Positions 9,422-17,831 are shown, counted from the stretch's first letter. The stretch: 64,000 nt of DNA from Candidatus Moraniibacteriota bacterium (GCA_016699975.1 CP064994.1:129222-193221); one strand, 5' to 3'. Numbers and translations are program-made. Notes: generated by a model not told the origin, from the letters alone.

Positions 9422-11080
9422 TCAAGAGGCGATACCCCTCCAAAAGGCGCTTCTCTCGATTTCCGGGGATATGGTGGAATTGGTATACACACACGTTTGA
9501 GGGGCGTGGCCATCTTGGCGTGAGGGTTCGAGTCCCTCTATCCCCACCAAATTGCAACTTTTTGCGGAATTGTCGCCCATGCGGGCGATTTTTTCTTTGG
9601 TTTTGCGGAGCAAAACCCAGATGTTTTCAGGGGGGAGAGCTGCGTTTGGGGCAGCCGTTGGCTGCGCCTTTTTGGATTTTAGAAACAGGTTCAATCCGTC
9701 CATTTTCAGAAAAGCCTCTTTTATGGCACTCGGCTCGCCACTTTTTGCAATTTCACAGAGAGAAACGGCTTGTTTGAGCCATTGGCGCATAGGTTCAACC
9801 CAACTCTTGCTGGCAAGCGTTAGCTTGCCGATTTGTTCTTCCAGCGACTTCTTTTCGCTCATTAGTTCACCCTGTCTAGTGCGATAGGTGTTCTGGTCGA
9901 TATCTTGATCTAAATAACTGTCTAAAAGTCGCTGGAGCTTGCCCTGCAAGCTCGCAAGTCGTGTTTGTGCGCTCGCCACAAACAAGCCAGATGTTTGGTT
10001 GGCTTTCTTTTCGTCCTCGTCCAGCATTTTGCCCAGCGTGGTCGCCCACGCTTGCGGCATAGCGTAGCTATGCAAAATGTCCGCCAACTGCGCTACTAAA
10101 TCAGGTTCAGTTACGGCTGGCTCAGTGCAACGGATTGTTTTGTGCTTTCTTGTGCAACGATAATACACATACTCGTGAATATTACCGTTCTTTTGGTGCT
10201 TTATCTTTTTCTCGGCAGTAACGGACAGTTTACACGTTGCACATTTGAGCAAACCGCAAAATATTTGCGGGGCAGTCGCGCCTTTTTGTGGTCGTCCACG
10301 CTTGGCAAGCGTAGCTTGCACCTCATCGAACAGTTTTTTGCTAATAATTGGGGCGTGTTTGCCCTCATGTATCTCGCCAGCATATTTGAAATGCCCATAG
10401 TAAAACGGATTGGTGAGTATGCGCTTAATTTTATCTTTCGGAAACTGTTTGCCAGACTTCGTTAGTATTCCTCTACTTGCTAGAAAAGCGGCGATATCCT
10501 CAAGCCGTTGATCACCTTTGGCGTATAGTTCAAAGGCTTCAGCAACGAGCGGCGACTGCCGGTTGTCTACAACAACGGTTTTCGTTCTTACGTCATTTAT
10601 ATACCCCACAGGCGCAAGCCCAGGGCGTTCACCCCTGCGGACTTTCTGGCGCAAACCTCGTTTTGTATTTTCAGATAGGTTGTCTACATAATATTTTGAC
10701 TGCCCGAATGCTATGGAGAGCATAAACTTGCCTTGTGAGGTATTTTCAAACCAAAAACTAGGAAACTTCAGTGTTCCTAGTTTGCCGCTGTCCAACAAAT
10801 AGACAATCTGCCCACCGTCCACACTATTCCTAGCTAGTCTGTCAGGGTGCCACGCCAAAATATTGCCGCCATCTTTTTCGATTTCAGCCAACAGTTTGCC
10901 AAATACTGGTCTGCCTGTCGTTTTTGCTGACTTTTTCTCTATGAACTCGGCTGCAATATATAAGTTTTCTCTTTTGGCATACTCTCGCAACTCTACCAGT
11001 TGCGCCTCAATGGACAAAACTTGTTTGTCCTCTACGTCAGTAGACTTTCTGGCGTACAGATAATATTTATTGTTTTGCAT
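9422..11080 (-). CDS. Large serine recombinase (resolvase/invertase catalytic domain, recombinase domain and Zn-ribbon)
   Basis: N-terminus YLYARKSTDVEDKQVLSIEAQ has the catalytic Ser and conserved Q. A Cys cluster CGLLKCATCK…YYRCTRK follows, and the C-terminal half is coiled-coil. The last 85 or so residues read through IR-A and antisense across the tRNA, so the true stop is uncertain. Confidence 0.85.
   Translation of the reverse strand: MQNNKYYLYARKSTDVEDKQVLSIEAQLVELREYAKRENLYIAAEFIEKKSAKTTGRPVFGKLLAEIEKDGGNILAWHPDRLARNSVDGGQIVYLLDSGKLGTLKFPSFWFENTSQGKFMLSIAFGQSKYYVDNLSENTKRGLRQKVRRGERPGLAPVGYINDVRTKTVVVDNRQSPLVAEAFELYAKGDQRLEDIAAFLASRGILTKSGKQFPKDKIKRILTNPFYYGHFKYAGEIHEGKHAPIISKKLFDEVQATLAKRGRPQKGATAPQIFCGLLKCATCKLSVTAEKKIKHQKNGNIHEYVYYRCTRKHKTIRCTEPAVTEPDLVAQLADILHSYAMPQAWATTLGKMLDEDEKKANQTSGLFVASAQTRLASLQGKLQRLLDSYLDQDIDQNTYRTRQGELMSEKKSLEEQIGKLTLASKSWVEPMRQWLKQAVSLCEIAKSGEPSAIKEAFLKMDGLNLFLKSKKAQPTAAPNAALPPENIWVLLRKTKEKIARMGDNSAKSCNLVGIEGLEPSRQDGHAPQTCVYTNSTISPEIERSAFWRGIAS
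9465..9549 (+). tRNA. tRNA-Leu(GAG), class II with long variable arm and encoded CCA
   Basis: GGGGATA acceptor stem, anticodon loop TTGAGGG, T-arm GAGGGTTCGAGTCCCTC, 3' end TATCCCC-A-CCA. The last 7 nt (CACCAAA) are repeated at 14087-14093. Confidence 0.85.
9543..9682. repeat. IR-A left copy of about 140 bp. It begins inside the tRNA 3' end and is the reverse complement of 11228..11365 with 2 mismatches.
   Basis: Direct comparison of the two stretches: CACCAAATTGCAACTTTTTGCGGAATTGTCGCCCATGCGGGCG… against the reverse complement of …CGCCCGCATGGGCGATAATTCCGCAAAAAGTTGCAATTTGGTG. Confidence 0.9.
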
Positions 11081-11227
11081 GACACCCCCTCAACTTAAAT
11101 AGCCGCCCCGCTGGACACAAACTAGGCAAACCCAATTTGTACGGGACGGCTATTAAAGCCATCAAAAAAGATTTGCCGAAATTAGTTTGTGTCCACTTAC
11201 TATTTTACCAGAAACCGCCTATGGCGG

Positions 11228-11365
11228 CTAAAATCCAAAAAGGCGCAGCCGACGGCTGCCCCAAACGCAGCTCTCCCCCCTGAAAACATCTGGGTTTTGC
11301 TCCGCAAAACCAAAGAAAAAATCGCCCGCATGGGCGATAATTCCGCAAAAAGTTGCAATTTGGTG
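11228..11365. repeat. IR-A right copy, inverted relative to 9543..9682
   Basis: See IR-A left. ORF 11189..11410 encodes the same peptide as the recombinase tail because of this repeat, and is probably not a real gene. Confidence 0.9.
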
Positions 11366-11541
11366 TCTATATACGACCAAGCTCGAACCTATTTTGAGGA
11401 AAACTGCTAAATTGCAGCCCGCCGTCTAGCGGGTAAGTCTGCCCTCTGCGCCCCACCAGAAAAACCCTTTGCTTTTTTGAGATTTCCCCCCGCCGAACTT
11501 CTTTTTGAAGTTGAAAAGGGTGTTTCTGGTGGTTCGCCTGC
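11359..11541. repeat. IR-B left copy of about 183 bp, the reverse complement of 13912..14094 with 1 mismatch. It abuts and overlaps IR-A by the TGGTG/CACCA junction.
   Basis: GGTTCGAGCTTGGTCGTATATAGACACCA… versus …GGTTCGAGCTTGGTTGTATATAGACACCAAA. The internal sequence is otherwise identical across the whole length. Confidence 0.9.
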
Positions 11542-11607
11542 TGCTTTAGTGACTTGGCGACATGCATTACACTACGCTAGATATAGCGTATATTGCAAAT
11601 AAACTGT

Positions 11608-12153
11608 TTATGATTCGACACTATGCACGAGCGACTGTACGACCGCCCAGAAATGCCATCGAAACTCGCTTGTGCGAATATCTAGGTAGTCGACTCTGTC
11701 ATACATACGGCTACCTCGCCTGTACGGAATGACCGCTATAGTATCATTAAGGATATGTTGTTCAATCGTCTTTTGAGCCTTATTGAGTCTTCGCAGTAGT
11801 GTTGAAACTGACAACTCCCGACTTGTCCGCACACCTTCTCTTGTTGCGTCGCGCAATGACAACTTAATAGGGTTTGGTTTTACGCCGTTACTTACGTCTG
11901 CAATGTTTCGTGCAAAACTTTCATGCCAATACAAGATATCGCCAAGGTAGTCTTTCGCGCTCCAACCGACAACGAGATAATCCTTGTTATCGGTCTTGAT
12001 AATCGCATTGTAATTAACATTTTTTAGCTTATATAACTTTGTATATTCTTCGTATGCGTATTGCTCTCGCGCAAGTGCGTTTTTTAACTTCAGCTTTTCG
12101 TAAGAGTCGGTGGTAGCGGCTATTAGCGCGTCTTGGTTTTTGAAGATTGGCAT
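11608..12153 (-). CDS. Hypothetical protein (element cargo)
   Basis: 181-aa ORF with no recognisable motifs. Confidence 0.45.
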   Translation of the reverse strand: MPIFKNQDALIAATTDSYEKLKLKNALAREQYAYEEYTKLYKLKNVNYNAIIKTDNKDYLVVGWSAKDYLGDILYWHESFARNIADVSNGVKPNPIKLSLRDATREGVRTSRELSVSTLLRRLNKAQKTIEQHILNDTIAVIPYRRGSRMYDRVDYLDIRTSEFRWHFWAVVQSLVHSVES

Positions 12154-12336
12154 AAAGTTATTTTATCATATTTACGAGGTTGTTTTGTATGCGAAGCATA
12201 CCTTATCGGGGGACGGAGGACGGCGTAAGCCACCCTCTATATTTCTTGTTTCACTTTCAATTATCACGCTTAGCTTTCTTGTTAGTTATCCAGCCTGCAG
12301 GTCACAGGAGCGCGAGCGTCTCCGCTTTGCCAGAGG

Positions 12337-12597
12337 TTATTTATTATCTTTCCAATTCCACCACTTCAATTTTTCAGGGTCATGTTGCTCGTGTTCAGCG
12401 AAATATACTGCGCAGCGAAACACATACAGCACACAGCGGTCAATGTGTCCGCCTGCGTTGTCCATGAGTTTCGCATACATCACTTCCGGGTCTTTGTGTC
12501 GCAAATCTTTGACACTATAAATATTGAGACTGCGTAAATCGTTAGTGAGGCTTTTGCCGACACCGGGTATTGTTTGGAGGTCGTCAGTGGCTTGCAT
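12337..12597 (-). CDS. Small helix-hairpin-helix motif protein (element cargo)
   Basis: HhH-like IPGVGKSLTNDL near the N-terminus. Confidence 0.45.
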   Translation of the reverse strand: MQATDDLQTIPGVGKSLTNDLRSLNIYSVKDLRHKDPEVMYAKLMDNAGGHIDRCVLYVFRCAVYFAEHEQHDPEKLKWWNWKDNK

Positions 12598-12600
12598 AGC

Positions 12601-12951
12601 TTACTGCTCCGACCACGCCGCAAGCTCGTTGCCTGCTGGGTCTTTGAAGTGAAAGCGTTTGCCGCCAGGAAAGTCAAAAATCTCTTTGGTAATCGTGCCG
12701 CCCTCGTTTTCCACCTTACTGCGTGCTGACTCAATATCTGATACATAAATGACGACAAGCGTTGCGTTTGGTGGATTGTCGGCACTGATACCGCTTCCAA
12801 CACCGCTATCCTGCGTGTCTACATAGTCATCGCCCCACTGCTGATACGACCAGCCGAAGGCTCCACTGAAAAATGCTTTTGACTTGTTTAGATCGTCAAT
12901 ACTACTTGCCGGAAGCTCAACGTAGTTGATGTGATTATGTGTCTTACTCAT
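12601..12951 (-). CDS. VOC (glyoxalase/bleomycin-resistance fold) family protein (element cargo)
   Basis: HINYVELPASSIDDLNKSKAFFSGAFGW…GGKRFHFKDPAGNELAAW follows the typical VOC beta-alpha-beta-beta-beta pattern. Confidence 0.6.
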   Translation of the reverse strand: MSKTHNHINYVELPASSIDDLNKSKAFFSGAFGWSYQQWGDDYVDTQDSGVGSGISADNPPNATLVVIYVSDIESARSKVENEGGTITKEIFDFPGGKRFHFKDPAGNELAAWSEQ

Positions 12952-12982
12952 AGCAATATTGTAACAAGGTATAATAGTTTAT

Positions 12983-13852
12983 ATGAATAGTGAACAGCTA
13001 ACCACACTCCGCAACCAAATGACGGAAAAATGGTTTAGCTCATTAAAAGTCGGCGATAAAGTCTATAACTACAGCCTTAAATGGCAGAACAAACAAATAA
13101 TAGATAAAAAACTTCGCGAGGGCATAATCAAGGAAATTCATAATAACGGTCAATTTGACCGTTATGTTGTGGTTGATAACCTCACGACTGGACGACAGAA
13201 CAAATGGGGAGATTATGATCTGGTTAAACCGCAGGAAATCCAAGATATAGGAGAGCAGCTACACCAACAGTTATCAGAGATAGCTAGTTCGTCAATGCAA
13301 AACAATGAGTCAGAAAGGCACAAAACTGTTGATGAATATGCGGCTCAAGCCGCATATGAGCAACTTGTTAAAAATGCCGATGAGCTACTCAGGAATAGCG
13401 ATATACAACTAGGCAAATGTACGGGAATATATGGAGCTTTTAACAAGAACACTGGCGAATGTATCTATATCGGAAAGTCAAAATCTTTGATTAGTACCCG
13501 TTGGCGCGAACACGCTCGGTTCTGGAAAAAGTTACGACCAATTCATAGACAGCCGCTATTGACGCAGTATATGCACTTTTTTAGTGACCAAATCGAGTGG
13601 CGAGTGCTTTTGCCTGTCGAAAGCGACATAAACAATGACCTGATTGAGTTTTGTGAAAGACGACTTTTTGAAAAATACCGACCAATCGCAAACTCCATTG
13701 TTCCGAACGGAACATTTTTCGGCAGAAGCGTGTTAGAGGGCGAGGGAGATTCTGTCTTGGTGTCAGAGTGGAATCCTGATATGGTTACAATCAAAATCCA
13801 TAAAGGCAACTTTAATGGTTTTTCAGATGGTAAGAGTCATTTTGAAGTGTAG
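12983..13852 (+). CDS. Hypothetical protein with a GIY-YIG nuclease motif (element cargo)
   Basis: GIYGAFNKNTGECIYIGKSKSL…R…EH matches the GIY-(10)-YIG-…-R-…-E arrangement. Confidence 0.55.
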   Translation: MNSEQLTTLRNQMTEKWFSSLKVGDKVYNYSLKWQNKQIIDKKLREGIIKEIHNNGQFDRYVVVDNLTTGRQNKWGDYDLVKPQEIQDIGEQLHQQLSEIASSSMQNNESERHKTVDEYAAQAAYEQLVKNADELLRNSDIQLGKCTGIYGAFNKNTGECIYIGKSKSLISTRWREHARFWKKLRPIHRQPLLTQYMHFFSDQIEWRVLLPVESDINNDLIEFCERRLFEKYRPIANSIVPNGTFFGRSVLEGEGDSVLVSEWNPDMVTIKIHKGNFNGFSDGKSHFEV

Positions 13853-13911
13853 CGAGGGCGCGAAGCGCGGCGGCTTTGCCGCCTAAAGCACCGCCGTCTC
13901 TGCCATTTATG

Positions 13912-14094
13912 GCAGGCGAACCACCAGAAACACCCTTTTCAACTTCAAAAAGAAGTTCGGCGGGGGGAAATCTCAAAAAAGCAAAGGGTTTTTCTGGTGG
14001 GGCGCAGAGGGCAGACTTACCCGCTAGACGGCGGGCTGCAATTTAGCAGTTTTCCTCAAAATAGGTTCGAGCTTGGTTGTATATAGACACCAAA
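13912..14094. repeat. IR-B right copy, ending in the CACCAAA direct repeat
   Basis: See IR-B left. Confidence 0.9.
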
Positions 14095-14104
14095 GAAAGG
14101 AAGT

Positions 14105-14131
14105 CCCGGGCGCATCCGCCCGGGTTTTTGG
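14105..14131 (+). terminator. Rho-independent terminator at the element/tRNA-cluster boundary
   Basis: CCCGGGCG-CATC-CGCCCGGG followed by TTTTTGG. Confidence 0.6.
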
Positions 14132-14234
14132 TAGAAAACTTCTTGGCTTTTCGAGTATTTCTGGTATGCTATTTCTGTTCCTGTTGAGTAAAAGAATAGA
14201 GGGTTTTCTTTTTGGGAATCCTGCGCTACGATAG

Positions 14235-14308
14235 GGACAATTAGCTCAGATGGTGAGAGCGCCTCGTTTACACCGAGGAGGTCGCTGGTTCGAGTCCAGC
14301 ATTGTCCA
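14235..14308 (+). tRNA. tRNA-Val(TAC)
   Basis: Acceptor GGACAAT/ATTGTCC, D GCTC/GAGC, anticodon stem CCTCG/CGAGG, loop TTTACAC, T-arm GCTGGTTCGAGTCCAGC; CC encoded. Confidence 0.85.
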
Positions 14309-14321
14309 CCGATTGTCCTTT

Positions 14322-14393
14322 GCCGAGGTAGCTCAGTGGTAGAGCAGAAGACTGAAAATCTTCGTGTCGGGAGTTCGATTCTCCCCCTCGGCA
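14322..14393 (+). tRNA. tRNA-Phe(GAA)
   Basis: GCCGAGGTAGCTCAGTGGTAGAGCAGAAGACTGAAAATCTTCGTGTCGGGAGTTCGATTCTCCCCCTCGGCA. Confidence 0.9.
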
Positions 14394-14556
14394 CCGTGAA
14401 GTGGAAATGAACTGTTGGCTTCAACATGATTTGTATGGCTCTCCCTCTCTCGATTTTCTCTGACTGCTGTGTTTTTATTGTTCTCAAAGAGACTATTCCC
14501 TCACTCAGAAGAGAGATGACCTCTCATCATACGGGCCGAGTTTATTCAGAGAACTT

Positions 14557-14628
14557 GGGACCATAGCTCAGCGGTAGAGCAGGGGACTCATAATCTCTTG
14601 GTCGGAGGTTCGAATCCTCCTGGTCCCA
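14557..14628 (+). tRNA. tRNA-Met(CAT). Elongator type (G1:C72); tRNA-Ile2 (lysidine) cannot be excluded.
   Basis: GGGACCATAGCTCAGCGGTAGAGC…CTCATAA…GGAGGTTCGAATCCTCCTGGTCCCA. Confidence 0.8.
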
Positions 14629-14788
14629 CCGCGGAACTCTTCTCCCCTTTTCGTCTGCCCATCTTCCGGAAACACCAGATTTACTCGTGATATACTCGGT
14701 TTATTTGCTTTGGTTCTGGTAAGGTTGCCAAAAGAAAGAATATTTTCTAGTCTGAGACTGAGAATGAGGATATTGTGAAAGAGTATCG

Positions 14789-14860
14789 GCGGGTATCGTA
14801 TAGCGGCTATTATGTAACCTTGCCAAGGTTAAGATACGGGTTCGACTCCCGTTACCCGCT
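14789..14860 (+). tRNA. tRNA-Gly(GCC)
   Basis: Acceptor GCGGGTA/TACCCGC, anticodon stem TAACC/GGTTA, loop TTGCCAA, T-arm ACGGGTTCGACTCCCGT. Confidence 0.8.
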
Positions 14861-15213
14861 CTTTCGTAGAACAAAAAGAATGGTTTTGAGCCATTCTTTT
14901 TGCTTTTTGGACTACGAATGGAAGGGTCTGAACTGGATTTGGGCAAATACAGTGTCATGATCGTGGTGCCAAAGCTCAGATTCAGGCATCGATTCTGACT
15001 CTAGACACGAAAGGATTGGAGAAACTCCCCTTCCTCTTTCCGTCTTAAAGAAAATGTTATTCGAATACTCTCTTTTCGCAAGAAGTACATTCATACCGTG
15101 ATAAAATGGAGGAAATACTCGTATTATTTTGAAGCGAGCAACCAGTTTTCATGCCAAAGTAGTTTTCGCTCTGAACCAAGGAAGAGGCGTCTCCATACCA
15201 TTTCATTTTCTCG

Positions 15214-15840
15214 ATGAAAAAAGTATTACTTGCTACTCATAATCGGTCAAAGTTCGAAAGATACAGGAAAATATTAAAAGCCATTCCGGATTTGGAAGTG
15301 GTATCTCTCTTTGATGTGGGAATTACTGAAAAAGTTGAGGAAAACTACGCGACAAATAGAGAGAATGCTGAACACAAGGCTCAATCATATGGAAAAATTT
15401 CCGGTTTGATTACGATCGCAATTGACGATTCTTTGATGACCAATTTTTTACCCGAGAGTGAGCAGCCAGGAGTTTACGCCAGAAGGTTTGCAAAGGATAA
15501 AAAGGAGTTGACTGACCTCGAGCTTATAGCGGTATGGAAAAAAATATTTGATCGGTATCCGCAAGAAGAGAAGAAATTTATTTGGAATTTTGCCATAGCT
15601 TTTTATAATCCGAGCAATGGCTCTCTGGGAGGAGTGTCTCTAGAAGAAATAGATTATCTTGCTCAATACTTCTCCAGCATTGAAACGAACGGATACCCAC
15701 TGTCCGCGCTCCTTTCCTCAACGAAAGACGGCATACCCTACATTGAGATGAGTCAAGAAGAAAAGGAAATAATAGAGTCAGAAAGCTTTCTTCCTTTTGT
15801 GAAAGACTTTCAAAGGTGGTTGCGTTTCGCGGCGGAATAG
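15214..15840 (+). CDS. Non-canonical purine NTP pyrophosphatase-like (Ham1/RdgB family) protein
   Basis: N-terminal LLATHNRSKFERY resembles the ATxNxxKxxE motif of the family; 208 aa. Confidence 0.5.
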   Translation: MKKVLLATHNRSKFERYRKILKAIPDLEVVSLFDVGITEKVEENYATNRENAEHKAQSYGKISGLITIAIDDSLMTNFLPESEQPGVYARRFAKDKKELTDLELIAVWKKIFDRYPQEEKKFIWNFAIAFYNPSNGSLGGVSLEEIDYLAQYFSSIETNGYPLSALLSSTKDGIPYIEMSQEEKEIIESESFLPFVKDFQRWLRFAAE

Positions 15841-16132
15841 TTGGCGTACATTGGGTGTTCATTTGCAAAAAATGAACCGTATTTCTCTTCCATTGATCCG
15901 GAATTCAAATTTTTCCAGAGGAGCTTTGTTTTCTTGGTGATAATAATTGTGGGCGGCCTTTTTGAAACCGATTGAGGATTTGAAAAAGTAGGACGAAAAG
16001 GATGTTATTGGAGAGATTTGCTTTGCGGTCTCATTTCTCGCATCGCAAGTTCCCGAGTTGAACTGCAATGAGAAAGTTCTCTCTTATGAAAAGTGGTATA
16101 ATAAAGATGAAAATCTTTTGATACCTTTCCTT

Positions 16133-16534
16133 ATGGAAACGAGCGAACCGAAAAACCTCGTCCCTCGTCGAAAAGTTTGTCTCATTGATGACGAGGCGGA
16201 TATTCGGGAGATTTATACCGTAGGACTTACCACCGAAGGCTTTGAAGTCTTGCCTGCAGAAAACGGCGAAGCAGGACTTCGGTGCATTCGCGAAGATCGA
16301 CCAGATATAGTGGTGCTTGATCTTCAGATGCCCGTTCTCGATGGCTTTGACGTTCTCAAAACTTTAACGACTGACAAAAGCATTCCAAAGATCCCGGTTA
16401 TTATCTTAAGCAATACCGATAATGAAGAGACGTTTCGGAAAGCGGGGGAATTTAACGCCTCTTTTTTCTTTGTGAAGGCGCTTTCTCATCCCAAAAAGGT
16501 GGCGGGGGCGATTCGTGAAGTGCTTTCGAGCTAG
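16133..16534 (+). CDS. Single-domain response regulator (CheY-like receiver)
   Basis: KVCLIDDEADIREIY…DIVVLDLQMPVLDGFDVLKTL…IPVIILSN, with the conserved acid pocket, phospho-acceptor Asp and the T/K pair. The likely start is the internal Met; the ORF opens at 16058. Confidence 0.8.
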   Translation: METSEPKNLVPRRKVCLIDDEADIREIYTVGLTTEGFEVLPAENGEAGLRCIREDRPDIVVLDLQMPVLDGFDVLKTLTTDKSIPKIPVIILSNTDNEETFRKAGEFNASFFFVKALSHPKKVAGAIREVLSS

Positions 16535-16716
16535 ATGTTTTTGCAACACTCTCTTTCGAGACCTCCTTTTTGGGGAAAGACCAAGATCACTTTCCGCGTG
16601 AACCTGCTTTTATAGGAGTGATTTTAGGTAAAAGGAGTGCTGTGAATTCTACTCGACTCTGCAATTTTGAGTGTCGTGTCATCCCGATGACGTCCATAAT
16701 AAAAAAAGAAAGACAA

Positions 16717-16743
16717 AAGCGAGCCTCGAGCTCGCTTTTTTGT
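16717..16743 (+). terminator. Rho-independent terminator
   Basis: AAGCGAGC-CTCGA-GCTCGCTT followed by TTTTT. Confidence 0.6.
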
Positions 16744-16840
16744 ATGAATTTGTAGTGATTCTCTCAGTATGTAGAGGATAGAGTCCTTTCTATTCGGCAT
16801 CGATTTGGCATCAATTGCAAAAATTTTTAGGGAGTGGTTA

Positions 16841-16869
16841 TTGACACTATATTAAAATTGTGCTAATAT
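16841..16869 (+). promoter_or_regulatory. Sigma70-like promoter for the 3D-domain gene
   Basis: TTGACA, 17-bp spacer, TAATAT. It is followed by a leader of about 90 nt and an AGGAG Shine-Dalgarno 8 nt before the ATG. Confidence 0.55.
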
Positions 16870-16960
16870 TCTTGGTCAAATCTCTTAAGGTTTGGCACCG
16901 GAGAATGAAGAGGTATGAGGGAATGGCTTAAAAATCCGGGTTAATCTGTAAGGAGAACCT

Positions 16961-17521
16961 ATGAGGTACCTTGGTACGCTCTTTCTCCTGACACTCGTTT
17001 TTGCATGGAGTGGAAACGAGGCTCAGGCGTCGAACGATACCAAAACAGAACAAACCCAAAATCAAAGAAGTATCTCTGAAAAAACTCTCTTAACATGGTC
17101 AGATATCACGAAACAAGATCCTCACAAACAAGCCACAGAAACTTCCTTCAATGGGGAACACGTTCCTTCCGAAAAAGACAAGCTTCTGAATCGATGGAAG
17201 GAAAAACAGGCGAAATTGTGGGACTCGCTTCCCCGAGAAGCCTTTACTGTCAATGTATCTGCCTATACGGCGGCTCTAGACGAATGTGGAAAGTCGGACG
17301 GAATTACTGCCTCGGGAGTGAGTGTTTCTGAAAATCGTACTCTCGCTTGCCCGTCGCAGTATCCTTTCGGAGCTCAAATCCGTATTGAAGGATACGGAAC
17401 CTATGTTTGTGAAGATCGCGGCGGAGCGATCACAGGAAATAGATTCGATATTTATATGAAGACAAAAAAAGAAGCGTTCACCTTTGGTCGTCGAGAACTT
17501 CTTGCTCAGGTGATCCGCTAA
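16961..17521 (+). CDS. Secreted 3D-domain protein (YuiC/MltA-like cell-wall-associated)
   Basis: Signal peptide MRYLGTLFLLTLVFAWSGNEAQA. C-terminus VSAYTAALDECGKSDGITASGVSVSENRTLACP…GTYVCEDRGGAITGNRFDIYM, with the three conserved Asp. Confidence 0.7.
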   Translation: MRYLGTLFLLTLVFAWSGNEAQASNDTKTEQTQNQRSISEKTLLTWSDITKQDPHKQATETSFNGEHVPSEKDKLLNRWKEKQAKLWDSLPREAFTVNVSAYTAALDECGKSDGITASGVSVSENRTLACPSQYPFGAQIRIEGYGTYVCEDRGGAITGNRFDIYMKTKKEAFTFGRRELLAQVIR

Positions 17522-17548
17522 AAAACCACTGACGATTGATACTTTTTT

Positions 17549-17581
17549 GAACAGGCGCCTCGAGGCGCCTGTTCTCTTTTC
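17549..17581 (+). terminator. Rho-independent terminator after the 3D-domain gene
   Basis: GAACAGGCGCC-TCGA-GGCGCCTGTTC followed by TCTTTT. Confidence 0.7.
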
Positions 17582-17619
17582 GTTGACGCTCCTTCCTCCT
17601 TTTGGTACCCTTTTACTGT

Positions 17620-17690
17620 GGCCGGATGCCCGAGTGGTGAGGGAGGGGTCTGCAAAACCTCGTACAGGAGTTCAATTCTCCTTCCGGCCT
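17620..17690 (+). tRNA. tRNA-Cys(GCA)
   Basis: Acceptor GGCCGGA/TCCGGCC, anticodon loop CTGCAAA, T-arm AGGAGTTCAATTCTCCT, short variable loop. Confidence 0.7.
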
Positions 17691-17744
17691 CCGTTTCCCC
17701 AACTTTTCGAGATAAAATATATCTTCCTGTTCGGGAGATGATGT

Positions 17745-17831
17745 GGGCGAGTGGCGGAATCGGCAGACGCAGCGGACTTAAAATTCGCAGTCCCGATGAG
17801 GGACATGAGGGTTCGAGTCCCTCCTCGCCCA
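17745..17831 (+). tRNA. tRNA-Leu(TAA), class II
   Basis: Acceptor GGGCGAG/CTCGCCC, anticodon stem GCGGA/TTCGC, loop CTTAAAA, long variable arm, T-arm GAGGGTTCGAGTCCCTC. Confidence 0.85.

Larger units (their letters stand above)
9543..14094. mobile_element. Putative tRNA-Leu-integrated element of about 4.5 kb, bounded by a 7-bp direct repeat CACCAAA, carrying a large serine recombinase, nested long inverted repeats and a cargo module
   Basis: CACCAAA sits at the tRNA 3' end (9543-9549) and again at 14087-14093. A serine recombinase gene lies inside. Two inverted-repeat pairs are listed as separate features. Confidence 0.6.

Noticed and set aside
11189-11410. 73-aa plus-strand ORF encoding the same peptide as the recombinase tail
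   Set aside because: It lies wholly inside IR-A right and IR-B left. Its coding appearance comes from the inverted repeat, not an independent gene.
14056-14487. 143-aa minus-strand ORF
   Set aside because: It spans tRNA-Val(TAC) and tRNA-Phe and the terminator hairpin, so it cannot be a real protein.
17620-17690. Reading this tRNA as class II (Ser/Leu) because of a 3-bp D-stem
   Set aside because: The variable loop is only 4 nt and the anticodon loop reads CTGCAAA, so Cys(GCA) fits better. Kept at moderate confidence.
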